Positions 39,059 to 48,424 of a DNA stretch of 64,000 nucleotides are shown here, in pieces; the first letter of the stretch is position 1; every line of letters starts with the position of its first letter. The position numbers and the translations under genes are program-made. This stretch comes from Verrucomicrobiales bacterium (GTDB lineage: Bacteria; Verrucomicrobiota; Verrucomicrobiia; Verrucomicrobiales; V1-33). Under the pieces are notes generated by a model. The model was not told the origin of the DNA, did not search any database, and was given only the letters and a program-made list of their open reading frames with translations. The stretch is from positions 64,001-128,000 of the forward strand of contig JANOAV010000035.1 in assembly GCA_031411295.1 (NCBI GenBank), in the 5' to 3' direction.

Positions 39059-40330
39059 CTACTGAATGACGGCCGCCCCAAAATAGGGCTGGAGCACTGC
39101 CGGAAGGTGAATGCTTCCATCCGGTTGCTGATACGTTTCCAGCAGGGCCACATACAAACGGGCTAGGGCCGTGCCGGAGCCGTTGAGGGTGTGCACAAAG
39201 ACGTTTTTCTTCGTCTCTGGATCTTTGTATCGACAACGCAAACGCCGTGCTTGGTAGTCACCGAAATTGGAGCAACTGGAAACCTCCAAGTAGGCTCCCT
39301 GACCTGGAGCCCAGACTTCGATGTCGTAGGTTTTACAGGCGCTGAAGCCAATATCTCCAGTGCACAGTTCAATGACGCGATAGTGCAATCCCAGCAACTG
39401 CAGCACCTTCTCGGCCTCGGCCGTGAGCGATTCCAGCTCCGCCATGGAATCCTCCGGACGGACCAGTTTCACCAATTCCACTTTGTCGAATTGATGCATT
39501 CGAATCAGGCCCCGCGTTCCCACCCCGGCAGCCCCGGCCTCGCGACGGAAGCACGGGGTGTAAGCAGTGTAACGAATCGGCAGTTGCTCGGCGGTAAGGA
39601 TGTCATCCCGATGGATGTTCGTGACGGGGACTTCCGCCGTGGGAGCCAGGAACAGATCGTCCGTCTCACAGTGGTATTGTTGATCGGCAAACTTGGGCAA
39701 CTGACCCGTTCCGAGGAGTGAATCCCGATTCACCAGATAGGGCGGCAAAATTTCCTCGTAACCATGTTCCCGTGTATGGAGGTCGAGCAGGAAATTAATC
39801 AACGCCCGCTCCAGGCGAGCGCCCTGGCCGCGATAGAGTGGGAAGGCACTGCCTGCGATCTTGGTGCCCAATTCGAAGTCGAATAAATTCAGGGTTTTGC
39901 CCAGCGTAACATGATCCTTAGGATCAGCCACATCCGGTTTGGTGCCCCAGACGCGGACCTCGGGATTGGCCTCCGCATCGGCCCCCACAGGGCACTCGGC
40001 GTGGGGTAGATTAGGGATGGACAGCAGCAACTCCTCCTGCCGCGCTTCCGCCGCCGCACTGGTCTTGTTTAGTTCGTCGATGGTATGGCCAATCCCCCGC
40101 ATCTCAGCCTCGATGGAGGTCGTATCCTGCCCCTGCTTCTTGGCTATTCCGATGTCCTTACTGACTCGATTGCGGTCACTCTGGAGTTGTTGCTTCTCGG
40201 TCTCGGCAGAACGGCGTGCTTCATCGCAGGCTAACACGTCATCAAGGAGTTTCCACACGTCCCCACCCCGCTGTTGCAGGCGGCGTTTGACGTCATCAGT
40301 TTGTTCACGAATTTGGCGGATATCTAGCAT
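39059..40330 (-). CDS. serS: Serine--tRNA ligase
   Basis: MLDIRQIR, TGQLPKF, PTAEVP, FRREAG, HQFDKVE, EVSSCSN and HTLNGSG motifs. Confidence 0.97.
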   Translation of the reverse strand: MLDIRQIREQTDDVKRRLQQRGGDVWKLLDDVLACDEARRSAETEKQQLQSDRNRVSKDIGIAKKQGQDTTSIEAEMRGIGHTIDELNKTSAAAEARQEELLLSIPNLPHAECPVGADAEANPEVRVWGTKPDVADPKDHVTLGKTLNLFDFELGTKIAGSAFPLYRGQGARLERALINFLLDLHTREHGYEEILPPYLVNRDSLLGTGQLPKFADQQYHCETDDLFLAPTAEVPVTNIHRDDILTAEQLPIRYTAYTPCFRREAGAAGVGTRGLIRMHQFDKVELVKLVRPEDSMAELESLTAEAEKVLQLLGLHYRVIELCTGDIGFSACKTYDIEVWAPGQGAYLEVSSCSNFGDYQARRLRCRYKDPETKKNVFVHTLNGSGTALARLYVALLETYQQPDGSIHLPAVLQPYFGAAVIQ

Positions 40331-40489
40331 AGGGCGGGTATTGTGGCGGAAATCAGACGCTGGGCAAGCGGATTCAAGACCTTCGAGTTCCCGCTCTGGC
40401 TGGAGAAAGTCACTGGCTATCCGTTTGCCGCCGCCATTGCCAAAGAGTTGGCAGGGGGAACAGAAGGCTAATTAAGCTACGAGCGAGCA

Positions 40490-43144
40490 CTAATTCATGA
40501 ACAATGGTATGCTAACCGTGAAGGTAGTTCCGTGACCGACGATGGAATTGATGTGCAGGGTGCCTCCGTGGAGATCTACGCAGCGCTTCACAATGACGAG
40601 ACCGAGGCCAGTGCCAGGAATATCTCCTACGTTGCTGCCGCGTTGGAAGGCTTCGAAAAGATTTTTCTGATCCTCAGGCGGGATCCCGATACCTTGGTCG
40701 ATCACTTGAAAAACCGCTAAATTCCCCTCACGTTTGCTGGTGAACTGGACCGCTCCTCCGTCCGGTGAGTATTTCACAGCGTTGTGGATGAGGTTGGAAA
40801 AAATATGCCGCAACAGCGCTTCATCAGCCTGAGCGTTACTCAGCAAGCCTTCGGTCACGCAGGTGATGGTGCATTTACGATTCGTGGCGGAGAGGCATTC
40901 ATCGGTGAGTTTGCCTGCCAGAGTTTCCAGATCGCAGGAGGCTAGTTTACACGACACAGCTCCCGCTTCGACCCGGCCCAACACGAGCATTTGTTCCATC
41001 AGTCCGGCCATGTGACGCGTGGAGGAAAAGATGTCCTGTTGTAGTTCCGCGCGTTTATCGGCCGCTAGGCGTTCATCGTAATGGCGAATTAGCTCGATCG
41101 CGCTCATGATGATCCCTAACGGCGTGCGGAATTCATGGCTCACCATGGTGACGAAGCGGGATTTCAATTCGCCCAGCTCACGTTCCTTTTCCAATGCCAG
41201 GGTGAGTTCCGCCTGGGTCTGCTTCAATTCGGCGGTGCGTTGATTGACGCGCTGCTCCAGCGTTTGATTCAAGGCCAGCATGGCTTCCTCAGCCGCTTTT
41301 GTTTCCGTAATATCATTGTGCACCGTGACCACCTCAATGATCTGACCGGCTTCATTTTTCAAAGGATAGAGCACCCCGCCGATCCAGCGGTAGGTGGGTG
41401 GATCTTGGCTAACGGGGTAAGGAACCGGCGGCACTTGAATGGCCTGCCCTGCGAAGGCTTGGCGAATGAGGTTGACGGCACCGGAGGCGTTGAGGTCGGG
41501 ATCTTGCAGCACGTTAAAAGCCAACCCCTGCTCCTCGGTGAGCCGGAAGAGTTTCATCCAGGCAGCGTTGACGCGTTTGGTCTGACCATCAGGCGCGAAA
41601 ATTTGCACACTGAGCGGGCTTTGCTCAAAGAGCAGTTTCCAGCGCAACTCGCTCTCCCGGGCGGCCGCGGTGATGGACTTCAACTCCGCCGCAGCCTTCG
41701 CGTGCCTGCGGGTGGTGCGGCGCAGGATGGCGATCCAGCCTAGCAAGAGCGCCAACAACGTCAGGGCACTACCCGCCCAGAGCCAGAGTTGGCGGGAGCG
41801 CGCATGGGAGGAAACACCCAAGGATTGCACGTCGCTCAGGGATGAAAGTCGCAATTGGATCGGTTCCTGCGGAGTGATGCGCTCTACCAGAACGTTGGCT
41901 AGCAGCTCATCATCCACCTTCAGATTCGCAAAAGCGGTGCGACCAGCGGTTTGGTAGCTCAGAGGCACGGAAACGCCCTCATCTTCCAACAGCATGACGG
42001 TGCGCCACTCGCCACCGCCTACAGGTAATGAATGCAACAGCGTGAGGCGGCCGTGCACTTGCACGAGATCATGCGTCCATTTGCCCGCAGAGATTTCGCG
42101 CAGAGTGGTGGGGATGGGCTTTGGTGCAGGCTGGTGCCCAAGGACGCGGACGTGGCAGTAGCAGAGCGCAAATTTCTGTAACTCAGGCTCTGCGGTGTCC
42201 GCCATCGGCGTGCCCACCATCTCTACCACATCGCCCGGCTGCAACTGTGGCAAGGATCCCGCATCGGCATATTCTTCATCACTGGCTACCCGCGGCCAGG
42301 CGGTCGCCAGGAGATTGCATTGCGCGCCCTCATGACTTGCCATGCCGCGCAGATAGATCATGCGTTCGCCAAAACGTGCCAGGACCGTGCCGGAAACCTT
42401 GACCCGAGAGCCAGGGACCGTGCGCTGGGCCGCCACTTCCGGCAAGGAAACCGCTGGGGCCTCGAAGGGGTCGGCGTGGCCAGGTTGGAGAATTTCAATT
42501 TGCGCGACGCTGGGAACCGTCATCGCGCCAAAGGCATCGTGGCTGGTCTCACTGGCATTGACGCCTGTTAGGCGAAGTTTCGCCCCCATGAGAAGGGTGG
42601 CGATCGGTGGACGGCTCTCCACCCGCACTGCCACCGTGGTCCAGCCGTCAGCGCCCACCAAGACGATCATTAGCTCGTTCGTGTGGCTCCGGAATTTCCA
42701 GCGCAGCACATGCCCTTCCACGCTGACCCATTGGTCGAAGTTCTCGAATCGATTTAGCGCCCTAATGGAAATGGGTTTCGGAGGCGGGAGGTGGCCTTGC
42801 TCATGAACCTGAATTTCACGGGCTCGCACTCTGGGATGCGAGTGGCCTGCGATCACATGGGTGAAGGTTTCGCCCGTCACCTCCAGGGACACTCCAACCT
42901 TGGGACAAACCATGTTTCCCGGCAAATGCACTCCCACGCTGCGAGTGCCATCATGCAGCGTGAGAGCATGATCCACCGGGCTGGCATCGATCACCACCCC
43001 GTTCAACTTCACCGGGGAAGCGGGCTCCCCTGGCTCCCGCCGTGTGACTTGGTCAATGCTCGTCTGTTCCTGCGCACGCATTACCCCGCCTGTAATGCTG
43101 GAAAGGATTGCGATGATGAAGAGCTGAAAACGAGGAGCGCGCAT
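40490..43144 (-). CDS. Orphan sensor histidine kinase (large extracytoplasmic region, TM, PAS, HisKA, HATPase)
   Basis: Signal peptide; TM; LFEQSP...VNAAW PAS region; SRFVTMVSHEFRTPL; NAVKYS, DQGIGI, GTGLGL. Confidence 0.92.
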   Translation of the reverse strand: MRAPRFQLFIIAILSSITGGVMRAQEQTSIDQVTRREPGEPASPVKLNGVVIDASPVDHALTLHDGTRSVGVHLPGNMVCPKVGVSLEVTGETFTHVIAGHSHPRVRAREIQVHEQGHLPPPKPISIRALNRFENFDQWVSVEGHVLRWKFRSHTNELMIVLVGADGWTTVAVRVESRPPIATLLMGAKLRLTGVNASETSHDAFGAMTVPSVAQIEILQPGHADPFEAPAVSLPEVAAQRTVPGSRVKVSGTVLARFGERMIYLRGMASHEGAQCNLLATAWPRVASDEEYADAGSLPQLQPGDVVEMVGTPMADTAEPELQKFALCYCHVRVLGHQPAPKPIPTTLREISAGKWTHDLVQVHGRLTLLHSLPVGGGEWRTVMLLEDEGVSVPLSYQTAGRTAFANLKVDDELLANVLVERITPQEPIQLRLSSLSDVQSLGVSSHARSRQLWLWAGSALTLLALLLGWIAILRRTTRRHAKAAAELKSITAAARESELRWKLLFEQSPLSVQIFAPDGQTKRVNAAWMKLFRLTEEQGLAFNVLQDPDLNASGAVNLIRQAFAGQAIQVPPVPYPVSQDPPTYRWIGGVLYPLKNEAGQIIEVVTVHNDITETKAAEEAMLALNQTLEQRVNQRTAELKQTQAELTLALEKERELGELKSRFVTMVSHEFRTPLGIIMSAIELIRHYDERLAADKRAELQQDIFSSTRHMAGLMEQMLVLGRVEAGAVSCKLASCDLETLAGKLTDECLSATNRKCTITCVTEGLLSNAQADEALLRHIFSNLIHNAVKYSPDGGAVQFTSKREGNLAVFQVIDQGIGIPPEDQKNLFEAFQRGSNVGDIPGTGLGLVIVKRCVDLHGGTLHINSIVGHGTTFTVSIPLFMN

Positions 43145-43183
43145 AAAACTCGGCAACGATTACCATGAAGTCGCCACCTCCGA

Positions 43184-43203
43184 TATCCGACTAAAGTCGG
43201 ATA
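43184..43203. promoter_or_regulatory. TCCGAC box, near-perfect palindrome upstream of the kinase
   Basis: TATCCGACT-AA-AGTCGGATA. Confidence 0.75.
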
Positions 43204-43378
43204 AAGACAAGGTGAGAATTTACGTTAGACCAACCCCTAGCCCACCATGCCGCGCAGCGAAGACCCGGGGCTTCCAACCACCCGAAGCACAAAAGGGAGG
43301 ACAGGCGCAGCAGGCCCGCCTCCCTTTGTTTGAGGGGAAATTTCATGATGCAGAGGAGGACCATAGCTCCGCGAAGCA

Positions 43379-43963
43379 TCAAGCGGCGTGGGGCCGCAGG
43401 ACTCGGAGCTGGCGCGTTAGGAACCGCAGCATGGCCAGGGTGGAGCCGATGAGGTAGAGCCAGGAGAACAAAGCGAAGAGACCGCAGAATCCCAATCCGA
43501 ATTTCCAATTGGGGAGCGTGAACATCCACACGTGCTGCTGGGTGGTGTCATTGAGAAACGCCTGCACCTTCGTCCTAGCAGCATCAGAGCTGGCTGGGGA
43601 GATGGACACGGTTAAGTTTCCATTCCGCCCCAGCAGACTCAATTCATCCTCTCCATCCTGGTGAATGTAACCTTTGTCAGGACGGCTGTAGCTGCCAGAT
43701 CTACGGCTTACGGACCGATCACTCCGGATGGTCTTGGCCTCCACCTCCGTCACTTCCGCCACGCGCTGAGTGCGCCAGGGAATGCAGAAGAGCACGCAGG
43801 TGCGGGCCGTGGCGGACACGCGGCCATCCGCGCCCCGCTCCAGGGTGATCCATGATGCCGGAAGCATGGCCGTCACCAGCACGGGGACGATGATGAAGAG
43901 CACAACGCAGATCAACTGAGTGATGAGTTTTTTGCGGATGGGATGATCGGATGGTAAAGGCAT
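43379..43963 (-). CDS. Hypothetical membrane protein (2 TM)
   Basis: 194 aa ORF with N- and C-terminal hydrophobic helices. Confidence 0.7.
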   Translation of the reverse strand: MPLPSDHPIRKKLITQLICVVLFIIVPVLVTAMLPASWITLERGADGRVSATARTCVLFCIPWRTQRVAEVTEVEAKTIRSDRSVSRRSGSYSRPDKGYIHQDGEDELSLLGRNGNLTVSISPASSDAARTKVQAFLNDTTQQHVWMFTLPNWKFGLGFCGLFALFSWLYLIGSTLAMLRFLTRQLRVLRPHAA

Positions 43964-43996
43964 GACTTCTGATTGGCTGAAGTTTGTCTGTGTAGC

Positions 43997-44221
43997 TCAG
44001 CGCGGGGCTGCAGTGATCAGAACCGCCGAAGCGGGTGCTGGGTTGGCTCCCGCGTCCGACCACTTGTGGGTGCCAGCCTGTAGTGATCCGGCAGCGAAGC
44101 CCAGCATGGTCAGGCCTAGCAGGCGCAGCCACACGGAACGGACCGAGCGACGTGGTGCGGCCATGGACGGACCACCGAGGCGGTGGATGATGACTTTGGG
44201 ATAGGAGGCGTTTTGTTTCAT
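43997..44221 (-). pseudogene. Truncated remnant of a secreted protein (signal peptide + GTHKWSDAGAN)
   Basis: 74 aa; N-terminus MKQNASYPKVIIHRLGGP resembles MKFTPSLSKVITRRFAGP of 44664-47921; lies behind the same promoter module. Confidence 0.45.
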
Positions 44222-44278
44222 ATGAGTTTCGCAGTTTGCGGTGATTGAGAGTGAGTGAAGTGGTTCCAGGGCTGTGAG

Positions 44279-44415
44279 GGCAGAAAGTGCAGCGTCAGGC
44301 CGGGCCACTCATTTGGTGTGAGTGCAGTTTCTCATGATTTGAGAAATGCGGTATTGGACCTCAGTCGGATGCGTTGCTGTTCATTAGCTGTTAGAATATC
44401 CGACTTTGGTCGGAT
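44279..44415 (-). promoter_or_regulatory. TCCGAC-box promoter module A with a truncated copy of the leader
   Basis: Boxes 44351-44370 and 44397-44415; close similarity to 48100-48235. Confidence 0.75.
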
Positions 44416-44457
44416 GGAGGACAGGATCATGTAGGAAAGAATCATCCTGCAAAATAG

Positions 44458-44564
44458 GTAGAGAGCGAGGTAACGAGACCAGCCCCACGCCCCACAGTAA
44501 AAGCGCCACATGGTGCTGGTCTCCTGACGTCGCCCTCCACATAACCCGTAGCAGGCGAGGTAAC
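44458..44564. repeat. REP-like element (GTAG...CGAGGTAACGAGACC family)
   Basis: Inverted pair 44458-44540 plus a partial copy 44548-44564; homologous to 48269-48345 and 62128-62210. Confidence 0.7.
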
Positions 44565-44580
44565 CATTTCCTCAATGAAA

Positions 44581-44612
44581 TCACCCGCCGAAGCCAGTGC
44601 TCGCGGCGGGTG
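44581..44612 (-). terminator. Probable terminator after the FG-GAP protein gene
   Basis: TCACCCGCCG...CGGCGGGTGA stem flanked by A/T runs. Confidence 0.6.
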
Positions 44613-44663
44613 AAAATTTAGATCGGAGGCAAGAAGCTGAATCCTAGCGACAACCATTTGTCC

Positions 44664-47600
44664 TCACGGCACTTCCTCCACCAGCATCCTCACAAAAAAT
44701 CTCGGCATCGTCTGCGGCGTATGGCCCGTGGCGAAAGTTAAAAACGTCCGCCCGCCGACAACCTGAATGGTCGGGTTGCCGCGAGTCCAAACGCCGCCAG
44801 TCTCGCTGGCGAAATTATTCCAGATCGGCATCTGGGAACCGTCCTCAATCCTCATCCGCACCCGTGGATTGGCCAGTGCCGCATTACTGGCGGTAACCCT
44901 GACGTTCACGGGCGACTGCGCAGTAGGCATCGGTAGCACGGTCAGACGCGCAGCGGCGTTGAGCGATGGCTCTGCCACTGTGGGATTCGTGCCCAGAAAA
45001 TACTCCAAAAGATTGTAAACACCGTCGCCATCGGAGTCAGCATAGTTGGCTGCGGTGCCGGTGCCGTCATACTGACCCCAGTTGGTGAAGCGCCAGTTTT
45101 CCAGAGTCCCAGTGACGACGAGGCGCACTAACGCTTCGTCCGTGAGCATGGGATCCAGACGGAAGTCGAGCGTTGGCACTCCCGTGTGCGCTACCAAGGT
45201 GCCTGCCGTGGTCGGGTCAGTGACGTGCTGGATGAAGCAGCCGCGCAACGCGGAGGCATCGGCATTGGCCGTCATACGAATGCGGACCCACAGACGCACG
45301 GTCTGGCCGGGGGCAAAATTGATACCCGTTGCTGGTGTAACCGTTAGGTAGCCGGTTGAAGTAACGGACCCCACGCTGCCAACCAAGGGATCAATCCCAG
45401 ACTCGAAATTCATTGGCTCACCGAGGTCGTTATAGATCTCCACGGCACTAATGAGGGCAGACGCTTGGGCTGTCGTGAGGCCTGCACCCGGATTTAAGCT
45501 ATTGCCGTAGTTCACGGCCGACAGGAGTCGAAAGCGCAGACTGCGGATCGCGGCGGAGGCATCCCCGGTGCGTCCGGCATGGGTAAAACTAAGCAACATG
45601 GCCACAGGGGCGGCTGAAGGCGTGACCGGGATAACGTCGCCCATCCCCAGTTCCATCAGATCAAACTGACCGCAGTTGTTGTAAACGAGTTGCACCTCGT
45701 TCCCAGCGGTATCCAGCAACAAAATGTCCATGTCTCCATCATGCTCCACATCATACACGACCATGCGATTCAAGGCGGCACCGGAAGCTGAAAAAATGAC
45801 GTTGGCGGCCCCGAAAGTCCCGTCCCCTTTCCCTAAGACTAGCACCGCCACGCCACCCCCAGCGGCCACGAGATCCAGCACTCCGTCATTGTTAAAGTCT
45901 GCTGCTTCTGCGCAGCGCAGGCCCGCAGGCAGCCCAAGAATCGGCTTCGGCGTGCCCAAGGTCAAGCTCGTGATCGTGGAAGGCGCGCAATTCACGGTGC
46001 CAGTGACAGCATAGAACACATCGGAGGCTTGGTCCCGATTCGCATCGCCCGTGGCCAACAGACCGGAGGCGCTGTCCCCTTCCCACAGTGGCGTTGGATT
46101 GAGCCAAAAGCCAAAGGCCGAGCTCCAGGCATAACGATAGATGCGGCTGCGGACCGGACTAGTCTCCGTGGTCATGGCCATTAGTTCCAGCCGACCGGAG
46201 CCATTGATTTGCACCGGGCAAATCTTCGTCACGGGTCCTATATTGCTGACCACAATTTCCGTAGTCCAACTGGGAGTATATGCGCCACCTCTGCGCAGCA
46301 ACGTGATTCCAGTGGCATGACCGATGATGATATCGTTGTGGCCATCCTGATCCACATCCGCCACCATCAATTCAGTGGTGCCGGGCGGCAGGGGCGCGAC
46401 GTTTGTTACCACCCACGTCGAGGCTGCGCGTGAGACCAACTGCAATTGCCCAATGCCTTCAGCAGCGGTCACCACATCGTCACGACCATCATGGGTGAGG
46501 TCGCCCACGGCCAGCACACTAGCTCCAGCAATGGAGGTGGATATCACCTGCGAATTACCCAGCGCAGGCCCGACGTCGGTATACCGATGCCCACTTTCCC
46601 ATTTCACCGTATTAAGGGAGGGAATGGACCACACCAGATCTCCCTCGCCATCATTGTCCATGTCCCCAGGACAAATATCTCCAATGGGGGCGGACGCATG
46701 GATGACCTGTTGGGAGCTAAACTCAGCGCTGCGGTGAATGGCCGTGTTCCGCAACCAAAAGATACTGCCGATAGCGCTATAAACGAGGTCCGGGTCACCA
46801 TCACCATCCACATCACCGGAGTAGATTTCCGCAGCTTCGTTACCAGCCAGCAGCACCTTGGGAACTAGAAAACTCCCCCCACTGTTCTCCGCCCACAAAA
46901 TCTGGTGCGAGCCCTGATTACTGTTGTCCACGTAGAACGCCTGATCTCCGAACACGGCATCCAGATCGCCATCTTCATCCACGTCAACGAGGTGGGTGCC
47001 ACGCACCCGGCCCGTCGTGTGATTTTGGATGGAGCTTGGCGCATCGAATCCAGCCCCGTTCCAACGGCACCATGAACTCCGCTGAGCCAAGCCAGCGGTG
47101 CCACTAGTCAACACCAGATCGGGGTAACCGTCACGATCAATGTCCCCACTTTCCATGTGGGTAATGGATCCAGTAAACGTGATATCCGGCCAGGATTGAA
47201 AAATGCCGGACGGGGTGCCGCCCAGGGAGGCAACATTGGTCGCTCCCATCGTCAGATCCATGAAACCATCTTGATCGAAATCTTCCGTCAGCGCTTCGAG
47301 CCAATAGGTGGCTGTGACATTCTGCGTCATTGGTGGCTGGAGCGTGAAGACTCCCGCATTATTTGCCGCCCAAGCAATGCGCCGCACCGATTCCCCGGTC
47401 ACGGTGTGAAACAATCCTGCATCAAGGTCCCCATCGCTGTCGTAATCACCCACAATCGCTCCTGCTTGCAGCGCGGCATCAGGAACCGCAACCTCCAGCA
47501 CTTTCGTAAAAACAAAGTTTGCGTCATTGCGCAGCACGACGAGTTGCGAGGGGCTCAAGGTATTGAGGACCACATCCGTGTCACCATCGCCATCCATGTC

Positions 47601-47921
47601 CCGAGTTACCACCCGGCCCAGCGAGGCAGCCGGCCAGGAAAGCGTGGCCACCTGAGTGAACGAGGTTCCGGTGGTGTAACGCATCCATACCAAATTATGC
47701 GTGGAGGCTGTCAGCACCTCCTCCTGACCATCCCGATTGAAATCCGCCACTCCCACCACTTTGCCGAAACTAGTTTGGATCGTCGTCGGCCCAGTAAAAG
47801 GATAGGCCATCGCGCGAGGAAGCAATGCCGCGAGCATCATGACAGTGCAGAAGATGAGCTTCACTGCGGGACCAGCGAAGCGACGGGTGATGACTTTGGA
47901 AAGGGACGGGGTGAATTTCAT
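44664..47921 (-). CDS. Secreted FG-GAP/VCBS-repeat beta-propeller protein
   Basis: Signal peptide; many D-x-D-x-DG-D-x-D repeats; C-terminal DSDGDGVYNLLEYFLGTNP...RFFVRMLV. Confidence 0.88.
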   Translation of the reverse strand: MKFTPSLSKVITRRFAGPAVKLIFCTVMMLAALLPRAMAYPFTGPTTIQTSFGKVVGVADFNRDGQEEVLTASTHNLVWMRYTTGTSFTQVATLSWPAASLGRVVTRDMDGDGDTDVVLNTLSPSQLVVLRNDANFVFTKVLEVAVPDAALQAGAIVGDYDSDGDLDAGLFHTVTGESVRRIAWAANNAGVFTLQPPMTQNVTATYWLEALTEDFDQDGFMDLTMGATNVASLGGTPSGIFQSWPDITFTGSITHMESGDIDRDGYPDLVLTSGTAGLAQRSSWCRWNGAGFDAPSSIQNHTTGRVRGTHLVDVDEDGDLDAVFGDQAFYVDNSNQGSHQILWAENSGGSFLVPKVLLAGNEAAEIYSGDVDGDGDPDLVYSAIGSIFWLRNTAIHRSAEFSSQQVIHASAPIGDICPGDMDNDGEGDLVWSIPSLNTVKWESGHRYTDVGPALGNSQVISTSIAGASVLAVGDLTHDGRDDVVTAAEGIGQLQLVSRAASTWVVTNVAPLPPGTTELMVADVDQDGHNDIIIGHATGITLLRRGGAYTPSWTTEIVVSNIGPVTKICPVQINGSGRLELMAMTTETSPVRSRIYRYAWSSAFGFWLNPTPLWEGDSASGLLATGDANRDQASDVFYAVTGTVNCAPSTITSLTLGTPKPILGLPAGLRCAEAADFNNDGVLDLVAAGGGVAVLVLGKGDGTFGAANVIFSASGAALNRMVVYDVEHDGDMDILLLDTAGNEVQLVYNNCGQFDLMELGMGDVIPVTPSAAPVAMLLSFTHAGRTGDASAAIRSLRFRLLSAVNYGNSLNPGAGLTTAQASALISAVEIYNDLGEPMNFESGIDPLVGSVGSVTSTGYLTVTPATGINFAPGQTVRLWVRIRMTANADASALRGCFIQHVTDPTTAGTLVAHTGVPTLDFRLDPMLTDEALVRLVVTGTLENWRFTNWGQYDGTGTAANYADSDGDGVYNLLEYFLGTNPTVAEPSLNAAARLTVLPMPTAQSPVNVRVTASNAALANPRVRMRIEDGSQMPIWNNFASETGGVWTRGNPTIQVVGGRTFLTFATGHTPQTMPRFFVRMLVEEVP

Positions 47922-47968
47922 GAGATTTTGGAAGTTAGATTGAGATGGGTTAAAATATTTCCAACGTT

Positions 47969-48128
47969 GTGTCGCGACCTGGCACTGTTACTTTCCGTGA
48001 TTCCCCGGCTCCCTCACACGAGGGAACCCGGCGTGGCGCGGGTTACTGATGCCCACCAAGGCTGAATCAGGTCCGCGCAGTTCTCCGCCTAGAGGTTAGG
48101 CAGAAAGAGCAGCGCCAGGCCGCGACAC
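47969..48128 (-). ncRNA. Candidate structured 5' leader RNA, copy 1
   Basis: ~18-bp closing stem and several internal hairpins; G-U pairs only on the minus strand; near-identical to 50891-51048. Confidence 0.6.
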
Positions 48129-48170
48129 TCATTTGGTGTGAGGGTAGTTTCCCATGTTTTGAGAAATGCG

Positions 48171-48266
48171 GTATTGGACCTCGGTCGGATGAGTTGCTGT
48201 TGAATAGCTGTTAGAATATCCGACTTTAGTCTTAGAAATGGCTGACAAGTCCGACGTTGGTCGGAT
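48171..48266 (-). promoter_or_regulatory. TCCGAC-box promoter module B (three boxes)
   Basis: Boxes 48171-48190, 48217-48235, 48250-48265; spacings 45 and 31 bp. Confidence 0.75.
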
Positions 48267-48268
48267 GG

Positions 48269-48345
48269 GTAGAGGACAAAGCTCGAGACCAGCACCTCGC
48301 AGTCTTTCTCCTGCGAGGCGTGGGTCTCGTTACCTCGCCCGCTAC
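48269..48345. repeat. REP-like element (CGAGGTAACGAGACC family)
   Basis: GTAG...CGAGACC...GGTCTCGTTACCTCGCCCGCTAC. Confidence 0.65.
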
Positions 48346-48355
48346 GGGATCATGC

Positions 48356-48389
48356 AAAACACCCGCCGGAGTTTCCTCCTGCGGGTGTT
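48356..48389 (-). terminator. Probable terminator after the NHL-repeat gene
   Basis: Minus strand AACACCCGC...GCGGGTGTTTT. Confidence 0.65.
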
Positions 48390-48424
48390 GGCTGCGTCGG
48401 TTCAAACTTTACCGACTGCTCATG

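Noticed and set aside
47969..48128. Glycine or SAH riboswitch identity for the leader
   Set aside because: The glycine CCGAAG/CUCUCAGG core and the SAH pseudoknot partner are absent.
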